28,303 nucleotides of DNA, taken from contig CAJWCD010000032.1 of the NCBI GenBank assembly GCA_913020725.1, positions 1 through 28,303 of the forward strand. The letters are read 5' to 3'. Every line of letters starts with the position of its first letter. Within the stretch, counting starts at the first letter, position 1. The translations under genes and the position numbers were made by a program. The notes below the pieces were generated by a model. The model was not told the origin of the DNA. It did not search any database and worked only from the letters and a program-made list of their open reading frames with translations. The DNA comes from an uncultured Pseudomonadota bacterium. Lineage in GTDB: Bacteria; SAR324; NAC60-12. Of the stretch, positions 9,288-19,807 are shown piece by piece.

Positions 9288-10745
9288 ATGATACGCACAG
9301 GAGCCGAATATCTTGAATCCATCCGGGATGGACGTGAGGTCTGGATTGACGGTGAGCGCGTCAAGGACATGTCCACGCATCCAGCCTTCAAGCCGATCAT
9401 TGACGTGCGGGCGCGGATGTACGACATGGCGCACGAAGCCCTGTACCAAGAGCAGTTGACGTACCAAGACGAGGAAACCGGCGAACTCAACACCACCTAC
9501 CACAAGCCTCCCCGCACCCGTGAGGATTGGTACGAGAAGGACGTGGCGCTGGACGCGCTCATGAACGACATCGGCGGCGTGGTCATCCGCATCAGCGACG
9601 AATCGGTTGGAGAAATGTGGTCGCTGTTTGACGGCAAGGACGTGCTCAACGAGGTCGATCCGCAATTCGCCACGAACATCGAGCAGCACATCCTCCGGAC
9701 CACCCGTGAGGATCCCTTCCACGTCTCGGCCAACACGGACCCCAAGGGCGACCGTTCCAAGCCTCCACAGGAGCAGGATCCGGACATGCTGCTGCATGTG
9801 GTCAAGGAAACCGACGCTGGAATCATTGTGCGTGGTGCAAAGTACGAAACGGCCGCAGCCTATTCCAACCAAGCGTTCGTGAAGCCGACCATCGCAGCAT
9901 GGTCCGGGAACGAAACGCTTTCGGATTACGCGGTGAGCTTCATGTGCGACATGGGGGTTCCGGGCCTCAAGCACATCTGCCGCAGCGGATTTGCCGGACG
10001 TGCGCCCGTTGAGGATTATCCGCTCGCCAACCGTTTTGACGAAGTGGACACCCTGCTCGTGTTCGATAATGTTTTGATCCCATGGGAAAACGTCCTCTTC
10101 TATCGCCACACCAAAGCAGCGGCGTTTATCCGTGCGACGCTCCATCGCTACAGCGCCTATCCCTTCGTGTTGCGCATCCGCTACATGGCTGACATGATGA
10201 TCGGTGCGGCACTTTTCAACGTGAAGCAGACCGGGCTGGACAAGAACCCGGCGGTCTGCGAAAAGCTGGCAACACTGGCCTGTTATCGTGAAGGCATCCA
10301 CGCGCACCTGACGGCCTCCATCGCGCTGGCAGAGCAGAGTCCAGGAGGGTTGTTGATGCCCAACCAGTCGTTGCTCTACACCGGACGGGTCCACGCCTGC
10401 TCGCGGCTTCCGGAGATGATGCACCTCGCCCGCGAACTCTGCGGCGGGCAGATTTGCATCACGCCGAACCACGCCGCCTTCCAAGACCCGGAGTCCGGAC
10501 ATTGGCTGGAAAAATACTACACGGTCAACGAAAACTGGGTCGCGGAGGATCGCCGCAAGCTGCTCGCGCTTGCACGGGATCTGCTCAACTCGGATTACGC
10601 CGGACATCGGCTCACCTTCCAGTTGTTCGCCCAAGCGCCCCCGTTCGCACACCTCAACGCGGTGTACAACAATTTCGACTTCTCCGGGCCGCTGGATTTT
10701 GTCCGCAATGCCGCCGGATTGTCGGAGAAGGTCATGCAAACTTGA
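9288..10745 (+). CDS. HpaB-family (4-hydroxyphenylacetate 3-hydroxylase-like) FADH2-dependent monooxygenase, oxygenase component
   Basis: RTGAEYLESIRDGREVWIDGERV, TDPKGDRS, VVKETDAGIIVRGAK and YPLANRFDEVD..LVFDNVLIPWENV motifs. AAGGAG RBS. Confidence 0.92.
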   Translation: MIRTGAEYLESIRDGREVWIDGERVKDMSTHPAFKPIIDVRARMYDMAHEALYQEQLTYQDEETGELNTTYHKPPRTREDWYEKDVALDALMNDIGGVVIRISDESVGEMWSLFDGKDVLNEVDPQFATNIEQHILRTTREDPFHVSANTDPKGDRSKPPQEQDPDMLLHVVKETDAGIIVRGAKYETAAAYSNQAFVKPTIAAWSGNETLSDYAVSFMCDMGVPGLKHICRSGFAGRAPVEDYPLANRFDEVDTLLVFDNVLIPWENVLFYRHTKAAAFIRATLHRYSAYPFVLRIRYMADMMIGAALFNVKQTGLDKNPAVCEKLATLACYREGIHAHLTASIALAEQSPGGLLMPNQSLLYTGRVHACSRLPEMMHLARELCGGQICITPNHAAFQDPESGHWLEKYYTVNENWVAEDRRKLLALARDLLNSDYAGHRLTFQLFAQAPPFAHLNAVYNNFDFSGPLDFVRNAAGLSEKVMQT

Positions 10746-10757
10746 ACAGGTGATTTG

Positions 10758-11174
10758 ATGGCACACGAACGCATCCGAAAATTCAACACCAAGGACACCT
10801 ATCCGGATCAGGACTTGGACAACGACCTCTGCCAAGTGGTGCGGGCGGGAAACATACTCTTTTTGCGGGGACAGGTCGGCACCGATTTTGACGGCAAGCT
10901 TGTCGGCCTCGGCGATGCGGAAGCCCAGACAGATCAGGCGCTGCGGAATGTCCAACAACTGCTCGAAGAAGCGGGAAGCTGCCTCGAGCACATCTGCAAG
11001 ATCACGATTTACTTGATCGATCGTGGATACCGGGACCCGGTGTATCGCACGGTCGGCAAGTGGCTCAAGGGCGTGTTTCCGGTCTCCACCGGAGTTGTGG
11101 TTGCAGGGCTTGCAAAACCTGAATGGCTGATGGAGATTGACGTGATCGCCGTGATTCCGGAGGAAGGAAAATGA
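10758..11174 (+). CDS. RidA/YjgF family protein (HinL-like)
   Basis: HERIRKFNTKDTYPDQDLDNDLCQVVRAG, LRGQVG and PVSTGVVVAGLAKPEWLMEIDVIAVIP motifs. Confidence 0.9.
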   Translation: MAHERIRKFNTKDTYPDQDLDNDLCQVVRAGNILFLRGQVGTDFDGKLVGLGDAEAQTDQALRNVQQLLEEAGSCLEHICKITIYLIDRGYRDPVYRTVGKWLKGVFPVSTGVVVAGLAKPEWLMEIDVIAVIPEEGK

Positions 11175-11842
11175 CGCTTTCCTTAGTCGGACGCTGCCCG
11201 GAAACTGGAATGCTCGGTGGGGTCATCACCTCATCGAGCATCTGCGTTGCAAGCCGTTGTTTGTGCACTCGTACAGGCGTTGGTGCGGCACTCACGCAAA
11301 ATGTCACGGACCCGGCCTTGGGTGACAAAATGCTCGACTTGCTGGAGTCCGGAGCCGATGCAAGCACGGTGATTTCCCAAGTTGTCGCAGAAGCCGATTA
11401 CATGGCGTGGCGACAACTCGTACTTTTGGATTCCGGGGGAAACTCCGCAATTCACACTGGAGCAAAAGCCTTGGGGAAACACGCCTCTGCGCAGGGGAAG
11501 CAGTGTGCTGCTGCCGCAAATCTCTTGGCCGATGAGCAGGTGCCCCAGGCAATGGTCACGGCCTTTGAACAAAGCTCCGGACACCTCGCTCTGCGGTTGA
11601 TCACCGCCCTTGAAGCCGGAATCAAAGCTGGAGGCGAAGCAGGTCCGGTGCGCTCTGCCGGAGTGCAAGTCGTTCATAAAGTTTCGTGGCCCATTGTTGA
11701 TTTGCGAGTTGATTGGGACGACGATCCCATTCCCAAGCTGCGCACGATTTGGAACGAATACCAGCCGCAACTCGAACCCTATGTCACCCGCGCCCTCAAT
11801 CCGGAAGCCGCTCCGTCTTACGGAGTTCCGGGGGATTTGTGA
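11171..11842 (+). CDS. DUF1028 family protein (putative Ntn-hydrolase-like, HinH-like)
   Basis: N-terminus (M)TLSLVGRCPETGMLG...SSS..VASRC, plus AGGEAGPVRSAG and DLRVDW. ATGA overlap with ridA. Confidence 0.88.
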   Translation: MTLSLVGRCPETGMLGGVITSSSICVASRCLCTRTGVGAALTQNVTDPALGDKMLDLLESGADASTVISQVVAEADYMAWRQLVLLDSGGNSAIHTGAKALGKHASAQGKQCAAAANLLADEQVPQAMVTAFEQSSGHLALRLITALEAGIKAGGEAGPVRSAGVQVVHKVSWPIVDLRVDWDDDPIPKLRTIWNEYQPQLEPYVTRALNPEAAPSYGVPGDL

Positions 11843-11862
11843 ACTGCATTTTCCTTTCCTGA

Positions 11863-12465
11863 GCGACCACCTTCACTCCAGACGATCTCTACGCCGGAAA
11901 GCTTCCGCAGGGGCGGGTGATCGTGTACGATGACGACCACTACTACCTCGGCGGGGTAATTGCGGAACTCTGCCGCAATCACGGTTGCGAGGTCACGCTG
12001 GTGACTCCGGCGGCCATTGCATCGTCGTGGACCATTCACACGCTGGAGCAGGACCTCATTCAGGCCGACCTCTTGAAAAAGGGCATCCAAATTCTGCCAC
12101 ATCATTTTGTACGTCCCGGCAAAAACACAAACCCGGAAGCCGTTCACATTTACACCGGAGCAGCAAATATTCTGGATTGTGATGCTTTGGTGTTGGTCAC
12201 GGCCCGTTTGCCCAATTCTGAACTCGAATCCGGCTTGGAACAAGTCCAGAGTTCATGGGCCGATGCCGGAATAAAAAGCGTCACCCGCATCGGCGATGCT
12301 TTGGCTCCGGCCACCATCGCGGCTGCGGTCTATTCAGGACACCGCTACGCCCGCGAGTTGGACGAAGTAATTGATCCAGATGCCGTACCTTTCGAGCGGG
12401 AACTGACCGAACTTGCTCCCGAATCGGATTGGAATACATTTTGGCAGTGCGGATTCAACTCGTAA
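11863..12465 (+). pseudogene. C-terminal ~200 aa of a histamine/trimethylamine dehydrogenase family flavoenzyme (5'-truncated)
   Basis: TPDDLYAGKLPQGRVIVYDDDHYYLGGVIAEL...CDALVLVTARLP...IGDALAPATIAAAVYSG...VPFERE closely resembles the histamine dehydrogenase C-terminus. There is an in-frame stop at 11860, and the FMN barrel and Fe-S cysteines are absent. Confidence 0.85.
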
Positions 12466-12575
12466 GTGCAACAGCGGATTGAAGCCGCGTGCCTTTTTCT
12501 CAGCCGCTCAGTGCCTTTTACAAAAGAGGTGTGCCACACTGCTTGGAAGAGCAACTCTACAACTTGGAGAATCCG

Positions 12576-12635
12576 ATGGCACAAGAAATCCCGACCGGCG
12601 AGGGCTTGAACTTTGAGCAGGTCTGGCTGATGTTT
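12576..12635 (+). pseudogene. DUF3782-like (QETD-repeat coiled-coil) gene, 5' part, interrupted
   Basis: GGAGA RBS, then MAQEIPTGEGLNFEQVWLMF, then an abrupt switch to AT-rich sequence and a stop. Confidence 0.7.
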
Positions 12636-12742
12636 TATGATTTTTAAAATATTCTAAAATATGAAACAACCTTAAAGGATTTGAAGTCTTTATGGAAAAC
12701 GATTATTTCATAAATCATTTAAAAATCTAAACTGGCAAAACC

Positions 12743-13918
12743 ATGCAGTTAAAAAATAGAGAAACACTCCCAGTTGATTCCCATTCAGCCTGTCTGGTTG
12801 GACGTGCCTGGATTCCAAATAGCCCGCAAGGTCCCTCACCCGTATGGATCCATGATGGAAACGTCTATGATCTTGCACCCTTTTCGCCAACCGTCAGTGA
12901 ATTACTTGAAAAAGAACCCCTGGTGGAAACCCTTCAGAGTTGGTCTGATCTTGAGCTTATAGGATCTTTAGAAGAGCTTTTGGACAACACGCCTCATGAT
13001 CAGCGTGATTCTTCAAAACCTTGGTTTTTAGCTCCATGTGATTTGCAGGCAATCAAGGCCAGCGGTGTGACCTTTGTCTCAAGCATGCTCGAACGGGTCA
13101 TTGAGGAGCAGGCTCGGGGAGACTGGACCAAGGCAGAAGAGATTCGTAAACAGATTCATGAATTGGTTGGTGACAACCTTGCTGAGATCCAGCCGGGTTC
13201 TGCTTCAGCAATGAAGGTCAAAGAGGTTCTCATCAAACAAGGTGCTTGGTCTCAATACCTGGAAGTCGGGATTGGTCCAGATGCCGAAATCTTCACCAAA
13301 AGCCAACCCATGTCTGCCGTGGGAACGGGAGCAGAAGTTGGTATTCATCCAGGATCACATTGGAACAATCCTGAACCTGAGATCGTATTGGCCGTTAATT
13401 CCAAAGGTAAAATCGTCGGTACTGCTTTGGGGAACGATGTAAATCTCAGAGACTTCGAGGGACGCAGCGCCCTCCTTCTCGGGAAAGCCAAAGACAATAA
13501 TGCATCGTGTGCGATCGGACCATTCATAAGGTTATTTGATGATCAATTCAGTCTTGATGATGTTCGTCAGGCCAATATTACTCTCTCGGTGGAGGGCCCT
13601 GAGGGTTTTACACTTGAGGGCAGCAGTTCCATGAAGCATATCAGCAGGGATCCTTTGGAACTGGTTCAACACTGTGCTGGATCGCATCATCAATATCCCG
13701 ATGGATTGATGCTTTTCCTCGGCACCATGTTCTCCCCCATCCAGGATCGCGATGAGCCAGGACAAGGGTTCACCCACAAAGTTGGTGACATCGTCTACAT
13801 TCAGACTCCCCTACTTGGATCATTGATCAACCGTGTCAATACATGCGATCAGATCCCACCTTGGACTTTTGGAACGGGAGCCTTGATGCGGAACCTTGCG
13901 CAACGTGGGCTTCTCTGA
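12743..13918 (+). CDS. xylX: Fumarylacetoacetate hydrolase family, 2-keto-3-deoxy-pentonate dehydratase (XylX-like)
   Basis: APCDLQAIKASGVTF..SMLERVIEEQARGD, WSQYLEVGIGPDAEIFTK, WNNPEPE, GNDVNLRDFEGRSALLL.KAKDNNASCAIGP and GFTHKVGD match the Caulobacter XylX type. Confidence 0.85.
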   Translation: MQLKNRETLPVDSHSACLVGRAWIPNSPQGPSPVWIHDGNVYDLAPFSPTVSELLEKEPLVETLQSWSDLELIGSLEELLDNTPHDQRDSSKPWFLAPCDLQAIKASGVTFVSSMLERVIEEQARGDWTKAEEIRKQIHELVGDNLAEIQPGSASAMKVKEVLIKQGAWSQYLEVGIGPDAEIFTKSQPMSAVGTGAEVGIHPGSHWNNPEPEIVLAVNSKGKIVGTALGNDVNLRDFEGRSALLLGKAKDNNASCAIGPFIRLFDDQFSLDDVRQANITLSVEGPEGFTLEGSSSMKHISRDPLELVQHCAGSHHQYPDGLMLFLGTMFSPIQDRDEPGQGFTHKVGDIVYIQTPLLGSLINRVNTCDQIPPWTFGTGALMRNLAQRGLL

Positions 13919-13935
13919 CTCAAATGGTTCCAGCT

Positions 13936-14088
13936 CAGGAGACTGACAAGAAGTTTCAGGAGACCAACAAGAAAATGGACCGCTTGGATGAGCAAATCGA
14001 GGAAACCAACCGCATCATCGGACGCTTGGGGAATAAGCTCGGTGAGTTCGTCGAAGGGCTGGTGCGTCCGGGACTGGTGCGTCGCTTC
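13936..14088 (+). pseudogene. DUF3782-like gene, continuation after the insertion, 3'-truncated
   Basis: QETDKKFQETNKKMDRLDEQIEETNRIIGRLGNKLGEFVEGLVRPGLVRRF. It joins in frame with 12576-12635. Confidence 0.7.
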
Positions 14089-14092
14089 ATGC

Positions 14093-14130
14093 AGCCGATG
14101 CCTCCTTTTGTGGAGTGTGTCGGCTTTTTT
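14093..14130 (+). terminator. Probable intrinsic terminator hairpin
   Basis: AGCCGATGCCTCC-loop-GGAGTGTGTCGGCT stem followed by a T tract, located between convergent units. Confidence 0.55.
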
Positions 14131-14143
14131 GTGGAGGGAAACG

Positions 14144-15145
14144 TTAAGGGGCTACGGGGAGCAGCACAATTTTTGGGGCGGGGGAACGACCCCTATTGAG
14201 ATCAGAAAACGCGGCTGAACCTTCACTCAGTGGGCGTTCCTCAACCCAGATGAGATCGCCCAAGACTCCGGAGTGCAACGCCTGCAACGCAGCTTGCAAG
14301 TCTGTGGGCGTGTAGGTGTAGGAACCGATAACCGTGATTTCGGAGAGGGTAATTTTGCGGAAATCGCAAATGCCGGAGCCTTCCTGCAAGCCAATGTGCA
14401 TGAGGACGCCTCCGGGGCGCACCGCCCGGATTGCGAGTTTCCGGGTTGCCTCCATGCCCACCGCATCCACGACCAATTCAAAACGGTTTTCAAGATCGAC
14501 GGGTTCCTGTCCGGGATCGAAGACGTCGCAACTGCCTGTGCGGAAAGCGGTTTCGCGGCGCAGGGGATTGGTGTCGCAGAGCAGGATTTCCGGACAACCG
14601 TGAGAGCGCAAGATTAGCGCGGCCAGCAAACCGATGGAACCTCCGCCGATCACGAGTGCCCGACCTTCGGAAACAGGGCGGTGCAGGGCTCGTTCCGCCA
14701 AATGAACTGCATGAAGCGAGGTCGCCGCAGGTTCGGTGAGTGCGGCGTGGGTGGGTTTCATCCCTGCGGGCATCGGGATCAGGTTCTGTTCCGGAATCGT
14801 GATGAACTCGGCAAAGGCTCCCGGATAGTTCATACCGATGAGTTTGCGGTTCGTGCAGAGGTTGCTGCGTCCGCCCCGGCAATCCTCGCAGGTTCCGCAA
14901 GCAATCAGCGGATTCAACACCACCTGCTGCCCCGCTTGCTTTCCGGAAACGATAACCCCGGCGGCTTCGTGCCCCAAAATCAACGGTGGCACTCGACGGG
15001 TATCCTCGCCGTGGTAGGCGTGCATGTCTGAACCACAAATGCCCACGGCCTCAATGCGGATTTGGGCTTCGCCTGCGCCAAGCTCGCGCAACGGTTCTTC
15101 CCGATACATCACCTCATTGGTATTGGTGTAAACAAGGGCTTTCAT
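14144..15145 (-). CDS. hpsP: Zn-dependent alcohol dehydrogenase, HpsP-like DHPS dehydrogenase
   Basis: GICGSDMH, GHEAAG, CGTCEDC...SNLC and GGGSIG motifs. It lies 11 bp downstream of hpsN in the same operon, so the hpsP name rests partly on context. Confidence 0.72.
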   Translation of the reverse strand: MKALVYTNTNEVMYREEPLRELGAGEAQIRIEAVGICGSDMHAYHGEDTRRVPPLILGHEAAGVIVSGKQAGQQVVLNPLIACGTCEDCRGGRSNLCTNRKLIGMNYPGAFAEFITIPEQNLIPMPAGMKPTHAALTEPAATSLHAVHLAERALHRPVSEGRALVIGGGSIGLLAALILRSHGCPEILLCDTNPLRRETAFRTGSCDVFDPGQEPVDLENRFELVVDAVGMEATRKLAIRAVRPGGVLMHIGLQEGSGICDFRKITLSEITVIGSYTYTPTDLQAALQALHSGVLGDLIWVEERPLSEGSAAFSDLNRGRSPAPKIVLLPVAP

Positions 15146-15156
15146 ATCGTGATGCT

Positions 15157-16752
<1,596 letters not shown>

Positions 16753-16828
16753 CCTGAACGAAACCCCACGCAAGAGCGGAACGGAACGCGGGAAAAAATT
16801 GGGTACTCGTCAAAAAATCAACAACTGA

Positions 16829-18001
16829 TCACGCACTCCGGAACAGTTTGGTCAGCACAAACTCACGGTGGCCGAGGGCTTCGGCACAGGTGTGGCGTCC
16901 GTTGGCCGTGCGGATCGTGCAGTGGACCAAGGCGTTTCCAGCCTGATCGAGGTTCAACTCACGCTTGAGGATTCCGGAGACATCAAGATCAATGTGTTCG
17001 CTCATGGTTGCCGCCGTGTGTGGGTTGGCCGTGAGCTTGATCACCGGCTCAATAGGATTGCCGATCACATTGCCCTGCCCGGTGGGGAAGAGATGCACCG
17101 TGAAGCCTGCCGCCGCTTGCAACGTTACGCACTCGGCAGCGGCAGAAGAGGTGTCCATGAAGTACAGCCCCGGACCTCGTGCAGGTGCTTCGGCAGGTTC
17201 CAGCACATCAATGAAGTTGGTTTGCCTGCCGATTTTCTGGAGGTTCCCGAACGCCTTTTCCTCGATAGTCGTCAAACCACCCGCGATGTTGCCCTTGGTC
17301 GGCTGCGATTCGGAGAGGTCGTTGGTCTTGTTCTCTAGGATGAAATCGTTGTAGTCGTTCCAAGTCTTGAGAAATTTCTGCTGCGCCTCCGGATTTGCCG
17401 CTCGTGTGGCACAAACCTGCTCGGCTCCTGTGAGTTCCGAGGTCTCTCCGAAACAAAGGTGCACTCCGAGCGGATCGAGCTTGTCCATCAGACTGCCGAC
17501 GGTTGGATTTGAGCCAAGTCCGGAAGTGGTGTCCGATTCCCCGCACTTGACGGAAATCCAGAGCTCCGAGAGTGGACATTCCTCGCGCTGAAGTTCGGTC
17601 GCCCATTGCACATACTCTTGGGCTTTGCGAGCCGCCTGCATTGCTGTGGCGAGATCGCCCCCGCCTTCGATGCTGAATCCGGACACGGGCTTGCCCGTTT
17701 CGGCAATGCCGTCCACCACGCGCTTGGTCCAGCCCGGCTCAATCCCGATCACGATCACCGCAGCAACATTCGGATTACGCCCTGTGCCGATGATCGTCCG
17801 GAAGAAGAGTTCAAGGTCAGCACCGAACTGCAAGCGCCCGTAGCTGTGCGAAATCGGCAGTGTGCCCTTGATGGTGTTTCCCACCATCTCGACACAGGCA
17901 TTTGAGATATCATCCACTGGCAAAATGACAACATGGTTGCGCACCCCCACGCGCCCGTTCTCCCGTCGGTAGCCTTGAAAGCTTTGTGGAAAATCAGCCA
18001 T
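16829..18001 (-). CDS. suyB: (2R)-sulfolactate sulfo-lyase beta subunit (UxaA family)
   Basis: [58 protein letters not shown] and [10 protein letters not shown] motifs. TGATG overlap with suyA. Confidence 0.85.
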   Translation of the reverse strand: MADFPQSFQGYRRENGRVGVRNHVVILPVDDISNACVEMVGNTIKGTLPISHSYGRLQFGADLELFFRTIIGTGRNPNVAAVIVIGIEPGWTKRVVDGIAETGKPVSGFSIEGGGDLATAMQAARKAQEYVQWATELQREECPLSELWISVKCGESDTTSGLGSNPTVGSLMDKLDPLGVHLCFGETSELTGAEQVCATRAANPEAQQKFLKTWNDYNDFILENKTNDLSESQPTKGNIAGGLTTIEEKAFGNLQKIGRQTNFIDVLEPAEAPARGPGLYFMDTSSAAAECVTLQAAAGFTVHLFPTGQGNVIGNPIEPVIKLTANPHTAATMSEHIDLDVSGILKRELNLDQAGNALVHCTIRTANGRHTCAEALGHREFVLTKLFRSA

Positions 18002-18285
18002 CACCACCTCTTCGTCTTCACATTGTGGACATGGACATAGCCCCCCTTGGGAATGTCCGCGATGGCGCGACCGATGTCGTTGCCGTACTTGATGATGGTG
18101 TCGTCAGCCTTGATGTCGGCGAGTGCGAGTTTGTGGCCCAGCGAAACTTCTGCAAGAGCCTGGACCGAGACGGTTTCATCTGTCTCCATGATCCAGCCCA
18201 TCGCCTGCTGGCCCGCTGTGACTTTTTCCACCACGACCACCCCAACGGTGTCGGCAGGTTCGTGGGCAATAAAATGTGTGGTCAT
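18001..18285 (-). CDS. suyA: (2R)-sulfolactate sulfo-lyase alpha subunit (SAF domain)
   Basis: 94 aa with [29 protein letters not shown] and [11 protein letters not shown]. Confidence 0.85.
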   Translation of the reverse strand: MTTHFIAHEPADTVGVVVVEKVTAGQQAMGWIMETDETVSVQALAEVSLGHKLALADIKADDTIIKYGNDIGRAIADIPKGGYVHVHNVKTKRW

Positions 18286-18481
18286 CCGTGTGCTTGCTGG
18301 TTGTAGGTTGTGGTCAACACCATGACGAGCAACTTTACCGCAGTTTGAGCGTGGAGTCAAATATTCACACGCAGCACTTCGCCGACAAGGTGGACAAGGT
18401 GGTGCTGCGTTAATCCCGGCTTGAGAGTTCAGGCCACCCCGCTATTGTTTTGGAATTGTTCACCGCCTTCCGTCAGGCTTG

Positions 18482-19807
18482 ATGCTGGAGTTCCTCAGTC
18501 GCCGTGGCCGCTTTGTGGTCGCCCTCACCCTGCTCGCCGCACTTGCGGTGGCGTTGCTGTTTCTCCACGACATCCTTTTCCCGTTCTTAGTGGCTCTTTT
18601 CTTGGCCTACGTCCTTGCCCCGGTGATTGACCGGATGCACACCTGGAAGGTGCGCGGTCATCTGGTGCCACGCGGGCTGGCGGTGATCCTCGTCTATCTT
18701 GGCATTCTGGTGATCCTGATTGGCGGGGGCACCTATGTCGTGCCAAAAGTAAGCGCCGAACTTGCAAAAATGGTGGGGCAGATTCCACAAACGGTGTCGA
18801 AACTCACCCACGTGTGGGTGCCTAAAGCAGAAGCCAGTTTTGAGAACCTGTTCTCCCTGCTGCCAAAGCCTCCGGAACCCGTTGCTTTTCCAGTGCCTGA
18901 AGTGGCCAGCGAGGAAAACACACCCGTTCTGCCGATCAGTGGTGTTCCTCGCGAGTGGATGGATTTGCTGAACACCTACACCTTTGAAATCCGGACGCTG
19001 GACGGCGAGCGGGTGGAGGTGATTCCCCGGATCAGGGTCAATGGCTCCTCAACGGTGACACAAAGCCCATCTCCCGCCAGCTTGCAGGAACAGATTGATG
19101 CGGCGGTCGCCCAGGCCACGCAGCGCATCCAGCAGGACATCGCCAAATTGGTGGTGTGGGGTCAGCAACTGGTTGGAGGCGTGCTAGGTTCTGTGTTCAC
19201 CTTCTTTCTTATTTTTATGGTTGCCGGTTTCATTCTTGTAGACACCAGTCGTATTTTGCATTTTTTCCGCACCCTGATTCCAGAAGTGCATCAGGGGCGT
19301 TACAGAAATTTGGTTGCACGTCTGGACACCGGACTCAATGGCGTGGTGCGTGGGCAGTTGCTGATTTGTCTGGTCAATGGCATCTTCACGCTCGTCGGGT
19401 TGGTGATCATTGGTGTGCCCTTTGCGTTCACCCTTGCCCTTGTGGCAATGGTTTGCTCACTGATCCCAATTTTCGGAACGATCATCTCCAGCATCCCGGT
19501 CGTGATCATGGGAGTAACGGTGTCCTTTGGCACGGGGTTGCTTGCGCTGGGCTGGATTTTGTTGATCCACTTCATTGAGGCAAATTTTCTCAACCCCAAG
19601 ATCATGGGCACCGCCGCCCAAATTCACCCGGCGTTGATCGTCTTCGCACTCGTCACCGGAGAGTACATGGCGGGGATCGCTGGGGCGCTACTGGCGGTGC
19701 CGATTTTCTCCATTCTCCAAACCCTCTTCCTCTCCCTCAAGGCGCTGGCCGAGGAATTGGAACCAAAACGCTTTCAGCATGTACCACGAGAAGTTGCCGG
19801 AGACTAA
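18482..19807 (+). CDS. AI-2E (PerM/TqsA) family transporter
   Basis: PFLVALFLAYVLAP, VRGQLLIC, SLIPIFG, IEANFLNPKIMG, IHP and GALLAVP motifs; multiple TM helices. Confidence 0.92.
   Translation: MLEFLSRRGRFVVALTLLAALAVALLFLHDILFPFLVALFLAYVLAPVIDRMHTWKVRGHLVPRGLAVILVYLGILVILIGGGTYVVPKVSAELAKMVGQIPQTVSKLTHVWVPKAEASFENLFSLLPKPPEPVAFPVPEVASEENTPVLPISGVPREWMDLLNTYTFEIRTLDGERVEVIPRIRVNGSSTVTQSPSPASLQEQIDAAVAQATQRIQQDIAKLVVWGQQLVGGVLGSVFTFFLIFMVAGFILVDTSRILHFFRTLIPEVHQGRYRNLVARLDTGLNGVVRGQLLICLVNGIFTLVGLVIIGVPFAFTLALVAMVCSLIPIFGTIISSIPVVIMGVTVSFGTGLLALGWILLIHFIEANFLNPKIMGTAAQIHPALIVFALVTGEYMAGIAGALLAVPIFSILQTLFLSLKALAEELEPKRFQHVPREVAGD

Noticed and set aside
9246..10991. 581-aa minus-strand ORF (also 5004-6176 and 26693-27508)
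   Set aside because: These are antisense shadows of well-supported plus-strand genes in GC-rich DNA, with no recognisable motifs.
13936..13975. CAGGAGAC(T/C)(G/A)ACAAGAA direct repeat as a CRISPR or att site
   Set aside because: There are only two 21-bp units, and they encode the QETDKKF heptad of the DUF3782-like protein.
16755..16828. Possible IS end or REP-like element at the suyB/dctM breakpoint (ACTCGTCAAAAAATC)
   Set aside because: No partner inverted repeat or second copy was found in the window.
16829..18285. Altronate/galactarate dehydratase (uxaA/garD)
   Set aside because: The split SAF + catalytic architecture, the motifs and the hpsN neighbourhood favour suyAB.
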